Shown here: piece by piece, positions 50,822 through 58,787 of the stretch
Numbering within the stretch: position 1 is the stretch's first letter
How the letters are laid out: every line of letters starts with the position of its first letter
Virus record (IMG/VR): IMGVR_UViG_3300029309_000017
From: an uncultured virus (IMG/VR IMGVR_UViG_3300029309_000017)
Taxonomy: Duplodnaviria > Heunggongvirae > Uroviricota > Caudoviricetes > Crassvirales
Reading direction: 5' to 3' (one strand)
DNA length: 64,000 bases
The notes under the pieces: generated by a model
Told to the model about the DNA's origin: nothing
What the model saw: only the letters and a program-made list of their open reading frames with translations
Database searches by the model: none
Position numbers and translations under genes: made by a program

Positions 50822-52388
50822 TTGTCCTCATATTAGATATTACACAATCCGCAGAGATTATAGTTTTAGCAACACTTACTGCATTTTTTAAAGCTGACTT
50901 AGTTACAAGTAGTGGATCAACAATACCTTCTTCAATCATATTTTTAGTACAACCACACGTTACATCAACACCCTCGCCTTCTTCCCACTCATCTACAAAT
51001 TGTTTTCTTTCTGAGTAATTAGCGTTTTCAAGTACTTTTTCAAAAGGATATTGTATTGCTGACATTAATATCTTTTCACCATCACCACCGTGAAACTCTG
51101 CGTGTTGAGCAGCGTTTAGCAAGGCTATACCACCACCTGGTACTACACCTTCTTCAATAGCGGCTTTAGTTGCATGCAATGCATCATCAACTCTATCCAT
51201 TTTTTCTTTTGCCTCTATTTTAGTATAAGCACCAACTTTAATCACACTTACAACTCCTGATAACATAGCTAGTCTTTTTTTATGTAAACCTTTCCAAAAC
51301 TTATCTTTAGTTTCTTTAATTTTCTTTTCTACAACTTTTATTCTATCTTTTAAAAGCTTTTCATTTTTTTCAACAGTAAGAATTGTAGATTTTTTATCAG
51401 TAACAGCTTTCTTTGCTCTACCAAGAACATCTGGAGTCATTAAATCCATGTCATCACCAAGTTGTTCACTTATAACTTTAGCACCTGTTAACAATGCTAG
51501 GTCTTCAAGCGTGTCTCTCTTTGAAGGTCCAAAGCCCGGTGAGTCAACTATATTAACTTTTATGTTTCCTTTTACTTTATTCATCATTAATGTAGCAAAA
51601 GGTTGTTGCTCCATATCTGCAACAATTAACAAAGAAGCTCCTTTTTTAATTACAAACTCCAAAATTGACTGTATTTTACGGACTTGCTCAATTGGTGAGT
51701 CGACAATTAGTATATAAGGCTCTTCTAAGATAGCTTTGTGGTTGTCTTTATCTGTGTATAAGTGCGGAGACTTGATTTTACACCCACTTAGCTCAACCCC
51801 GTCAACAGTTTCAACGTAAGTTGTCTCATCTTGTGAGCCTTCCATTAAAACTATACCGTTTTTACCGGCTTTTTCGTAAGCTTCTGCAATTAAATTGCCT
51901 AAAATCTCATCATTATTGCAAGAAATTTTAGCAACATGCTTAATTAGCTCATCATTTGCGGGTTTTTTTATTTTTTCTAGGTATTCTAGCACTTTTTCCA
52001 GCGAATAGTCGATGCCTCTTATAATTTGACGCGTGTCTTGCCAGCCTTCGTAGCTATTATACTCCTTTAAAACAGCATGGGCAAGTACGGTAGCTGTAGT
52101 AGTACCATCACCTGCCTCATCTACTGTGTTACTAGCGGCTTCTTTTACCAGCGTTACACCCATATTTTCGACCGGATCAATCAAGACTACGCTTTCCGCA
52201 ACGGTTACACCATCTTTTGTAATCACCGGTCGACCCATAGAGTCTTCATATATAACGCATTTACCGCCGGCGCCTAAAGTTGAACCAACTGCTTTGGCTA
52301 ACTTGTCAACACCTTTCATTATTTTAGTTCTTGCTTTCTTATTAAAACTAAGATCTTTAACTATACTTGTAGTATTATTATAATTCAT
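50808..52388 (-). CDS. groL: Chaperonin GroEL
   Basis: ITKDGVTVA, AGDGTTTATVLA, GVVPGGG, GIVDP motifs. Confidence 0.95.
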   Translation of the reverse strand: MNYNNTTSIVKDLSFNKKARTKIMKGVDKLAKAVGSTLGAGGKCVIYEDSMGRPVITKDGVTVAESVVLIDPVENMGVTLVKEAASNTVDEAGDGTTTATVLAHAVLKEYNSYEGWQDTRQIIRGIDYSLEKVLEYLEKIKKPANDELIKHVAKISCNNDEILGNLIAEAYEKAGKNGIVLMEGSQDETTYVETVDGVELSGCKIKSPHLYTDKDNHKAILEEPYILIVDSPIEQVRKIQSILEFVIKKGASLLIVADMEQQPFATLMMNKVKGNIKVNIVDSPGFGPSKRDTLEDLALLTGAKVISEQLGDDMDLMTPDVLGRAKKAVTDKKSTILTVEKNEKLLKDRIKVVEKKIKETKDKFWKGLHKKRLAMLSGVVSVIKVGAYTKIEAKEKMDRVDDALHATKAAIEEGVVPGGGIALLNAAQHAEFHGGDGEKILMSAIQYPFEKVLENANYSERKQFVDEWEEGEGVDVTCGCTKNMIEEGIVDPLLVTKSALKNAVSVAKTIISADCVISNMRTNESN

Positions 52389-52413
52389 TATATTATATTG
52401 TATTTAATGTGGT

Positions 52414-52737
52414 TTATTTAAATGTTTTGACTACTTTTGGGCCTTTTATGAAATCAGCTCTTTTTTTGTAGTGCTCGACAGATCCGTCAACAGCTTGTTC
52501 CGCTCCGACTAAAGTCTCTCTTCTTGTGACATCATTCCATTTTTCACAACATGGATCTAATTTTGGATCACAAGTGCAGTTAGGATCTTTATATTCTGTC
52601 TGATAATATCCATTGGGTAATTGTGTTATCCTCCAGTTCTTTTTTTCTGAAAGATGGTTCCAAAGGTCAATGGTTTCTTTGGAGGTTTGTTGTGGTTGAC
52701 TACTCCACGTATTAGTCTTGTAATAAAAATACGTCAT
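52414..52737 (-). CDS. Hypothetical protein
   Basis: NWRITQLPNGYYQTE motif. Confidence 0.65.
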   Translation of the reverse strand: MTYFYYKTNTWSSQPQQTSKETIDLWNHLSEKKNWRITQLPNGYYQTEYKDPNCTCDPKLDPCCEKWNDVTRRETLVGAEQAVDGSVEHYKKRADFIKGPKVVKTFK

Positions 52738-52767
52738 TTTAATTGGTATTTAAGGTTAATAATTAAA

Positions 52768-52805
52768 ATTAGAACTAAGGCGCCGTTAAGACGCCTTAAC
52801 TCTAA
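52768..52805 (-). terminator. Hairpin / terminator
   Basis: TTAGAGTTAAGGCGTC-TTAAC-GGCGCCTTAGTTCTAA followed by TTTT. Confidence 0.65.
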
Positions 52806-52813
52806 GGTTTTTG

Positions 52814-53086
52814 TTATGCTACTTCTACTTTAGTTATAGCTTTACTAGGTACCCACACAACTTCAACTAATTGAGAGTCTGTAAGAACGTCATAGATAGC
52901 TTTGCTTAAAGCAATTTGCATTGAAAAAGCAGAATCAGCAGCACAAGTAAGTGTTACTAATTTACCTCCAGTAGCTACTTTTACAGAAGTTGCGTCAGCA
53001 GCAGCTTGTCCAACAGCTGAAGTACCATCTACAGGTAAATAGTATGTCTTGTTTGTGTCATACGTGAATTTAATAAATTTTGCCAT
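52814..53086 (-). CDS. Hypothetical protein
   Basis: 90-aa ORF with good start context. Confidence 0.6.
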   Translation of the reverse strand: MAKFIKFTYDTNKTYYLPVDGTSAVGQAAADATSVKVATGGKLVTLTCAADSAFSMQIALSKAIYDVLTDSQLVEVVWVPSKAITKVEVA

Positions 53087-53123
53087 GTTTTTGATTTTTA
53101 GTATTTGTTATAAGGTATATGGA

Positions 53124-53363
53124 TTAAGTGGAATACCTATTACCACTTTCTTTTTTAGTTCCCATGCCTTCATTACCTCTATTAGACTTTATTGAAACAC
53201 ATTTTTGTCTTTTGTGATCGTAATCATGACCTGGAGGACAAGGATTACTTCTACGCTCTCTTTGTGAGTGAGCTTTTTTTGCTCTTCTAGCAGGTGTTTT
53301 AGCAAAGGCTAAATCTCTTGCTGCTTTATCTCTTTTTGCTTGAGGTGATAGTTTTTGTCCCAT
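53124..53363 (-). CDS. Small basic hypothetical protein (HNH-like remnant)
   Basis: DYDH...SNRG pattern. Confidence 0.55.
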   Translation of the reverse strand: MGQKLSPQAKRDKAARDLAFAKTPARRAKKAHSQRERRSNPCPPGHDYDHKRQKCVSIKSNRGNEGMGTKKESGNRYST

Positions 53364-53403
53364 ACTGTATATAGTTACACGATAAATAATTAAGTTAAAA
53401 TAG

Positions 53404-53446
53404 TGACAATAGGTGGTTACTTATATAGATTATAAGGCTAGTGTCA
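53404..53446. promoter_or_regulatory. 43-bp TGACA-N33-TGTCA palindromic element, copy 1
   Basis: Same length and half-sites as 60893-60935. Confidence 0.55.
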
Positions 53447-53668
53447 TAAAAAAAAGTTGTTAAATATTTTGGGAGTTAGCGTTGCCCCCTCCCCTACACA
53501 CCATGCATAAAAAAGTAAAGTGCATTATTTTTGGCCAGCCCCACCTGTATAATCTGGATTTAGCCTATATCACCATGGTTTTATGTATAGCATCTATCTC
53601 ACCATGTACATCCACTATAATAATTTCTATAGAACATTTCACATTTTTCACTACATGTATAGCATTTC

Positions 53669-53701
53669 TTACAAAAGTAATACGGCGCCATATAGATAAT
53701 A
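53669..53701 (+). promoter_or_regulatory. Early promoter-like repeat 1
   Basis: TTACAAA-N3-AATACG-N9-AGATAATA. Confidence 0.75.
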
Positions 53702-53819
53702 ATAATGTAACAAACTAAAAAAATATAAATGTTAAAATTAAATTAGAATTAAATATATAATGTGAGAGTGTGTGCAATACTACTAAACTAAATTTAATAA
53801 GTAAACAAACAATATACTT

Positions 53820-53852
53820 TTACAAAACTAATACGAACTAATTTAGATAATA
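53820..53852 (+). promoter_or_regulatory. Early promoter-like repeat 2
   Basis: Same consensus and spacing. Confidence 0.75.
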
Positions 53853-53888
53853 ATAATGTAAATAAATAATAACTTAAATATAATAACT

Positions 53889-54119
53889 ATGAGCAATTTA
53901 ATTTCAAAAAGATTTGTAATAAGAAAATCACTAGTCGGTAAAAATCAAGACATCACTGTCAATTTCAAAAATGGCAAAACTGTTACTTACAATCACGATA
54001 AAGTGTATGAAGTTATGAAATCTAAACTAGAAACTATGCCATGTTTCATCAAGTATAAATCTTATACTTCATCAACAAGTGTACCAGTTTCAGTAAGAAG
54101 TGTAGTCGAAGTACAGTAA
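53889..54119 (+). CDS. Early hypothetical protein
   Basis: First ORF after the promoter repeats. Confidence 0.7.
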   Translation: MSNLISKRFVIRKSLVGKNQDITVNFKNGKTVTYNHDKVYEVMKSKLETMPCFIKYKSYTSSTSVPVSVRSVVEVQ

Positions 54120-54136
54120 ACTACACTTTTAAATAC

Positions 54137-54214
54137 GGGTAACTACATGGACAGTAGCGTATGTGCACCGGAGTTTTTGTGTGTCGCGTAGAGGTTCGAC
54201 TCCTCTCTTATCCA
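54137..54214 (+). ncRNA. tRNA-like RNA with G3.U70 and degenerate anticodon arm
   Basis: GGGTAA/TTATCC-A acceptor, CATG/TATG D-stem, AGAGG-TTCGACT-CCTCT T-arm. Confidence 0.6.
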
Positions 54215-54236
54215 CTAACTAATATAATATAACACT

Positions 54237-54410
54237 ATGAACAGAAAATTTATACACTACGTTTTACTTAGAGTAACTGACATTACTATCAAACTATTCA
54301 TTGCATCACTTGCAACATTAGCTATCGGCGGAATACTATCATTCATATTCTTTTGGGTGACAGGTGAGATAACAATCAATGATAACACTTCATTCGGAAT
54401 ATTAGGATAA
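54237..54410 (+). CDS. Small membrane protein
   Basis: Hand-translated MNRKFIHY...FIASLATLAIGGILSFIFFW. Confidence 0.55.
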   Translation: MNRKFIHYVLLRVTDITIKLFIASLATLAIGGILSFIFFWVTGEITINDNTSFGILG

Positions 54411-54512
54411 TGAGAAGTTACTACAGTAAAATACAACAGAGATTTGTAGACAGAGGTGAATACTTTGATGAGCTTCTGTTTGCAACACTCGAACCACCGT
54501 TCGATAAACCTG

Positions 54513-54545
54513 TTACAAATAAAATACGAAAAGAAACAGATAATA
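54513..54545 (+). promoter_or_regulatory. Early promoter-like repeat 3
   Basis: Same consensus and spacing. Confidence 0.75.
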
Positions 54546-54557
54546 ATAATAAAACAA

Positions 54558-54776
54558 ATGATATTTAAAGATACCAAATTCAAAGAACTAGACGCTAAAG
54601 GTCTAATCACTAAAAAGCTACAACAAATCGACGAGTTTGAAGCAAACTATAATCCTAATACTTCAAGTCGAGCTATGAAGAAATGGTGTACTGACTATGA
54701 ATATCGCAAACGTGAGTGGCAATTCCGTCAAGGTATAGCTGAATACGCTAAACACAATGCACATAAATGCTTATAA
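54558..54776 (+). CDS. Early hypothetical protein
   Basis: Likely start MIFKDTK downstream of repeat 3. Confidence 0.6.
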   Translation: MIFKDTKFKELDAKGLITKKLQQIDEFEANYNPNTSSRAMKKWCTDYEYRKREWQFRQGIAEYAKHNAHKCL

Positions 54777-54881
54777 TATGAAGAAAGATTTATATAGATT
54801 TGCTAAAGCAAGAAGAAATAAGCGCAAAGAAATATTTAAATTAAGCGCTGAAGAGATTAAAATGATAGAATATAATTACTA

Positions 54882-54914
54882 TTACAAATATAATACGAAT
54901 ACGTTTAGATAATA
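54882..54914 (+). promoter_or_regulatory. Early promoter-like repeat 4
   Basis: Same consensus and spacing. Confidence 0.75.
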
Positions 54915-55086
54915 ATATAAAAAACTATGAATAAAATAAAATTTCTCAATAACAATCACGTTAAAATAACTACTAATAAAGGCGTTGCAATACTAACTAA
55001 AACTAATTATACTAAAATATACGACAAAGAATCTAAAAAATACGTATCTTTAACAATACCTTTTTACAAAATAAACAATAATTACT

Positions 55087-55284
55087 ATGTCTAACACACC
55101 AAAAAATATGAAAGAACTATGCGAGTACGTAGCTAACAAGCGTAAATCTCGCAGCCACAATCACCTTGAAATGATTAAAATATATGGTGCTTGTAAAGGT
55201 ATGGGTAATAGAAAATATAAACTACCGCAAAAATCTGTTTGGCCTAAGCAACATAAAGCGGCTTATAATAAAATATGGAGATGA
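55087..55284 (+). CDS. Early hypothetical protein
   Basis: ORF track. Confidence 0.55.
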   Translation: MSNTPKNMKELCEYVANKRKSRSHNHLEMIKIYGACKGMGNRKYKLPQKSVWPKQHKAAYNKIWR

Positions 55285-55478
55285 GTGAAATAAAAAAATA
55301 TATAAACAACGAATTAAGTAAACTAGATCGTGGTATAGTGGCTACGCCTACAGAAGATTACCTTGACAAGTTTGCAGAAGCAAACAACGGAAGTAATGAC
55401 TTATTACTAATGCAATTAGCTAAAAACTATGGCTACAAACTAGCTTTACTTGAAATACTAGATGAAATAAATGAGTAA
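55275..55478 (+). CDS. Early hypothetical protein
   Basis: ORF track. Confidence 0.55.
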   Translation: MEMSEIKKYINNELSKLDRGIVATPTEDYLDKFAEANNGSNDLLLMQLAKNYGYKLALLEILDEINE

Positions 55479-55635
55479 AATGAAAGAACTAGATTTGATT
55501 GCACAAGGTGTAGCAGATCACATTAAAGAAATTATAGAAGATAGTGTCGATTGGCAGTTAGCTGACATACCTCTTGAAGGCGATGACTATAATGACTGTA
55601 AAGAATATGTAATAAATGTTGCACTTAATAAATTA

Positions 55636-55668
55636 TTACAAAAATAATACGAATCAAATCAGATAATA
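55636..55668 (+). promoter_or_regulatory. Early promoter-like repeat 5
   Basis: Same consensus and spacing. Confidence 0.75.
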
Positions 55669-55678
55669 TAATAAAATT

Positions 55679-55867
55679 ATGTATTGTAAATGTGGTAAAA
55701 TAGTACACCCTGTACGCTTAGAATTAGGTTATAAAACATGTGTTTCATGTAGTACGACGAAAACGTACTCTTACGTGCCAATAATCGAGCACAAAACAGG
55801 TAATACAATACAAATCGTTAGCCAAGAAGTAAGTGCGTCAGTGCACAGAGCTTGGCGGCGCAAGTAG
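55679..55867 (+). CDS. DksA/TraR-like C4 zinc-finger protein
   Basis: CKCG..VHPVRL...TCVSC. Confidence 0.6.
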   Translation: MYCKCGKIVHPVRLELGYKTCVSCSTTKTYSYVPIIEHKTGNTIQIVSQEVSASVHRAWRRK

Positions 55868-55869
55868 TT

Positions 55870-56104
55870 GGAAGGTGCTGCTGTTAGCGGCAGACTACTT
55901 AAAAAGCTACATGATTAAAGGCGAACTTGATTCGGCTCGATGATTGTAGTTTGTGAAGAACAACCACAGCTTGAAATAGTAGTGCACGGTTGTGAAGCAG
56001 GTACAGTATCACGGATTGCAGAGTAATTAACTGCATGCACGGTGGAAGTCCGACTGCGAATGTGATGAGTAATAATGCAAGTGTATGAGGTTCTTAGCCC
56101 TCCA
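55870..56104 (+). ncRNA. Structured RNA of about 235 nt closed by an acceptor-like stem
   Basis: GGAAGGT/GCCCTCC-A ends; multiple internal hairpins; GC-richer non-coding gap. Confidence 0.45.
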
Positions 56105-56147
56105 CTAAAAATACTCAAATAGAATTTGCATAGATAACTGTACTTAT

Positions 56148-56224
56148 GGGCGTGAAATGGTTAGACTACGCACCAGGGTTTCCCATGGTTGGTAGTAACG
56201 CAGGTTCGATTCCTGCCACGTCCA
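56148..56224 (+). ncRNA. tmRNA tRNA-like-domain-like mini RNA (G3.U70, A73)
   Basis: GGGCGTG/CACGTCC-A acceptor; stemless D-loop AAATGGTTAGAC; GCAGG-TTCGATT-CCTGC T-arm. Confidence 0.65.
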
Positions 56225-56229
56225 CTAAC

Positions 56230-56373
56230 AGGGTAAAACACGAAGGACGGTAAGCATAACACCAAAAGCATCATGTGGTGCCGACTATCGACGGATATAA
56301 GCGAGCGTACGGAAGTGTATTATGTGAGGTGGCAAACCTCAGAAAGCGTGGATACGTGCACAGTATCACCCTT
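56230..56373 (+). ncRNA. Putative structured RNA
   Basis: AGGGT/ACCCT closing stem; TGAGGT-GGCAA-ACCTCA and GATAC/GTATC hairpins. Confidence 0.35.
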
Positions 56374-56391
56374 AATATTAAATTTAAAATT

Positions 56392-56760
56392 ATGAATTGG
56401 AAACAAGAACAACTAGCACTAGAAGATGCGTTTGTAAGACAAATGCTTATTAACTACAACATTAAAGAAGTAACCACACAGCGTCAAGCTATAAACGGTA
56501 CAAGAATATTTATTTGTCCTGATGGTCAGTTACTCGGCTCATACAAAAGCGGTTACGTTAGAAGATGTGACAGTAGCGATAGAATATGGCAATTAAACCC
56601 TAAATACAAGCGTAAAGTAAGATATGTATTTCTTAAAAGTAAAGGCTTAGTTACTGAAGAACATGATATGTGGTCAAGAGCACTGATCTATTCTGGCATA
56701 GCTAGATTGAACTTTTTACTTCAATATTACTTAAAAAATTACAAAACAAATACGAAATAA
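56392..56760 (+). CDS. Early hypothetical protein
   Basis: Likely start MNWKQEQ; SYKSGYVR motif. Confidence 0.65.
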   Translation: MNWKQEQLALEDAFVRQMLINYNIKEVTTQRQAINGTRIFICPDGQLLGSYKSGYVRRCDSSDRIWQLNPKYKRKVRYVFLKSKGLVTEEHDMWSRALIYSGIARLNFLLQYYLKNYKTNTK

Positions 56761-56771
56761 ATCAGATAATA
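56739..56771 (+). promoter_or_regulatory. Early promoter-like repeat 6
   Basis: Same consensus and spacing. Confidence 0.75.
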
Positions 56772-56783
56772 TAATAAACGAAT

Positions 56784-57023
56784 ATGAAAACAGTTTGGAA
56801 TACATTAAAACCTTTGTATCAAAACAAAATTAAAGAAAATACTCGTACATATAGCTCTGCTAAAAGACTTAAATACAAGTTGATGTCTGCTAGTGGTTGG
56901 TATGATTTATCTATGCGTGACATACAAGGTATACTTACATACACTGATAAATATACTCACGAGATTACAGCAACAGATATTATGTACGGTACAGAATTTT
57001 TAAAACCAGAAGACAATGAGTGA
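56784..57023 (+). CDS. Early hypothetical protein
   Basis: ORF track. Confidence 0.6.
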   Translation: MKTVWNTLKPLYQNKIKENTRTYSSAKRLKYKLMSASGWYDLSMRDIQGILTYTDKYTHEITATDIMYGTEFLKPEDNE

Positions 57024-57282
57024 CTCAGTAAAAGCATGGCATGAAATGCAAGAAGAAAAAATAGTAGCAAAAGAATTAGGAGAACACATACCTAGATTTA
57101 TATTTCTACTAGATTTTAATGATGGTAATGTATATAGATATGACATTAGCGCATTATGTAACGAAGAAAATAGTTGGAATCCTGACTCAGAGTCTTGTGA
57201 AGCGTTTTTATACGGCGCAGGTCACAAAGTAAGTGACTGTGAGTGGATGGTAACAACAACAAGTAAAATAACAATTAAATAA
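57016..57282 (+). CDS. Early hypothetical protein
   Basis: ORF track. Confidence 0.6.
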   Translation: MSDSVKAWHEMQEEKIVAKELGEHIPRFIFLLDFNDGNVYRYDISALCNEENSWNPDSESCEAFLYGAGHKVSDCEWMVTTTSKITIK

Positions 57283-57287
57283 TAAAT

Positions 57288-57752
57288 ATGGCAGAACTAT
57301 TAACAGATGATATTATCATCGAAAAACTAAACGAAGATGGCTATATGCAGGAGCCGGATGGCCCTTGGATATTAGAATATATCTATGAAAATCATGGCGG
57401 TAAATTAGATACTACAAGTGACTTTGTAGATAACAAATGGACTTTAAAAATATACAGTGAATGTACTTACGATTCTTATGATATATACTTTTGTACTTTT
57501 GACGATAGACCTTATGTATCACAAGATGGTTATTATTATGAAAATTATTCTGATTGGTCAGACAGAGCATTAGAAGAATTAGTTAACGGTACAGATGTAT
57601 GGGTAGATCCTAATCTATGGTCAGACATGGAATATGACTTTAACTACAGACTAGAAGAGTGGTGGCAAGATGTATACGAAGAATTATCAGACGAAAAGAA
57701 AGAAGAATTATTAGACTCAGAAGATTATTATGAAGAAAAGGAAACTGAATAG
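57288..57752 (+). CDS. Highly acidic early protein
   Basis: D/E/Y/W-rich composition. Confidence 0.65.
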   Translation: MAELLTDDIIIEKLNEDGYMQEPDGPWILEYIYENHGGKLDTTSDFVDNKWTLKIYSECTYDSYDIYFCTFDDRPYVSQDGYYYENYSDWSDRALEELVNGTDVWVDPNLWSDMEYDFNYRLEEWWQDVYEELSDEKKEELLDSEDYYEEKETE

Positions 57753-57862
57753 TACTAATCCAAAGTACATGAAGCAAGTGGCTGATAATCAACCAGTTGT
57801 AAAAGAAAAAAGATTAATTAGTAACAAAGGTAAGATTAAAGCTTACGCAATATTTTTAGAAA

Positions 57863-58123
57863 ATGACAGAGACTAAACAAATACTACCTAAATGGTTTAA
57901 TGGTGAAGTATATACTGACGGCGGTATAGTATCAAATCCTTTTACAGGTATTGAAGTAGAACTAACAGCTGAGGAATTATCTATATATGATTTCATAAAA
58001 GGCGCTGAATACTATATAGCTATATCAGGTAAACAAAACGATAAACTAGCAGACGAGATGCATAAAGGCTTGATGTGGTTTGCAAAGAACAACATTGAAG
58101 CTTATATGACATTACTCGACTAA
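57863..58123 (+). CDS. Early hypothetical protein
   Basis: V.NPFTG..VELTAEE.SIYD.IKG...AYMTLLD. Confidence 0.65.
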   Translation: MTETKQILPKWFNGEVYTDGGIVSNPFTGIEVELTAEELSIYDFIKGAEYYIAISGKQNDKLADEMHKGLMWFAKNNIEAYMTLLD

Positions 58124-58135
58124 TGCTATACACAT

Positions 58136-58209
58136 TGCGCGGTAGAGCAGTTGGCCAGCTCGCGAGCCTCATAAGCTCGAGGTCGGTGGTTCGAATCCAC
58201 CCTGCGCAC
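58136..58209 (+). tRNA. tRNA-Met(CAT), no encoded CCA
   Basis: Full cloverleaf: TGCGCGG/CTGCGCA, GAGC/GCTC, CGAGC-CTCATAA-GCTCG, GGTGG-TTCGAAT-CCACC. Confidence 0.9.
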
Positions 58210-58223
58210 CTAAAATTTAAATT

Positions 58224-58787
58224 ATGGCAACAAGAAACTTAATAATGGTCGTAGACCGTAAACACAGTAGTAAATACCCAGAAGGCTTTGCTATTCACCC
58301 AGATCTTGTACGTGACAAGAGCTATGTTAACATGTATATGCACCACGATGGTTATCCTGAGTGGCAAGGCGTACAAATTGCTAACTGGTTACTAACAAGT
58401 AACAATGGATGCATGGATGGCGCTAGGTTAGCTGGTAAATTAGTGCATGATATGTATTATGATAGTTGTTACTTATATAGTGACGCACAGCAAATAGATC
58501 ACGAGTATAGATATGTAATATGGAGCGGTAATAAAGATAAAATACATGTAAGCTGCTGGAATATGTACAAAAGCGAGTGTGTGTTCGTGTTAAAACCACA
58601 TAAAATTATATCTAAATATATGGCAGATATGGATTACACTGATTTTTCTATTGGTGAAACTAGATTATCACAGCAAGAATTTAAACGTGATGCAGGTTTA
58701 GAGTTTCATACAAAAGAAGAAATAGAGAAATATAATAAAGTTAGAGCTAACGCTCAGTCAATCATAGATATACTAACTACAAAATAA
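58224..58787 (+). CDS. Early protein with YxHxDGYP motif
   Basis: MATR start, YMHHDGYPE. Confidence 0.7.
   Translation: MATRNLIMVVDRKHSSKYPEGFAIHPDLVRDKSYVNMYMHHDGYPEWQGVQIANWLLTSNNGCMDGARLAGKLVHDMYYDSCYLYSDAQQIDHEYRYVIWSGNKDKIHVSCWNMYKSECVFVLKPHKIISKYMADMDYTDFSIGETRLSQQEFKRDAGLEFHTKEEIEKYNKVRANAQSIIDILTTK

Noticed and set aside
55985..56075. Twister-, hammerhead- or RNase P-like fragments (GCAGAGTAA, GTGATGAG, GGAAGTCCG)
   Set aside because: Required partner elements (CTGATGA/GAAA core, twister P1/T1 pairings, RNase P P4 3' strand) were not found.
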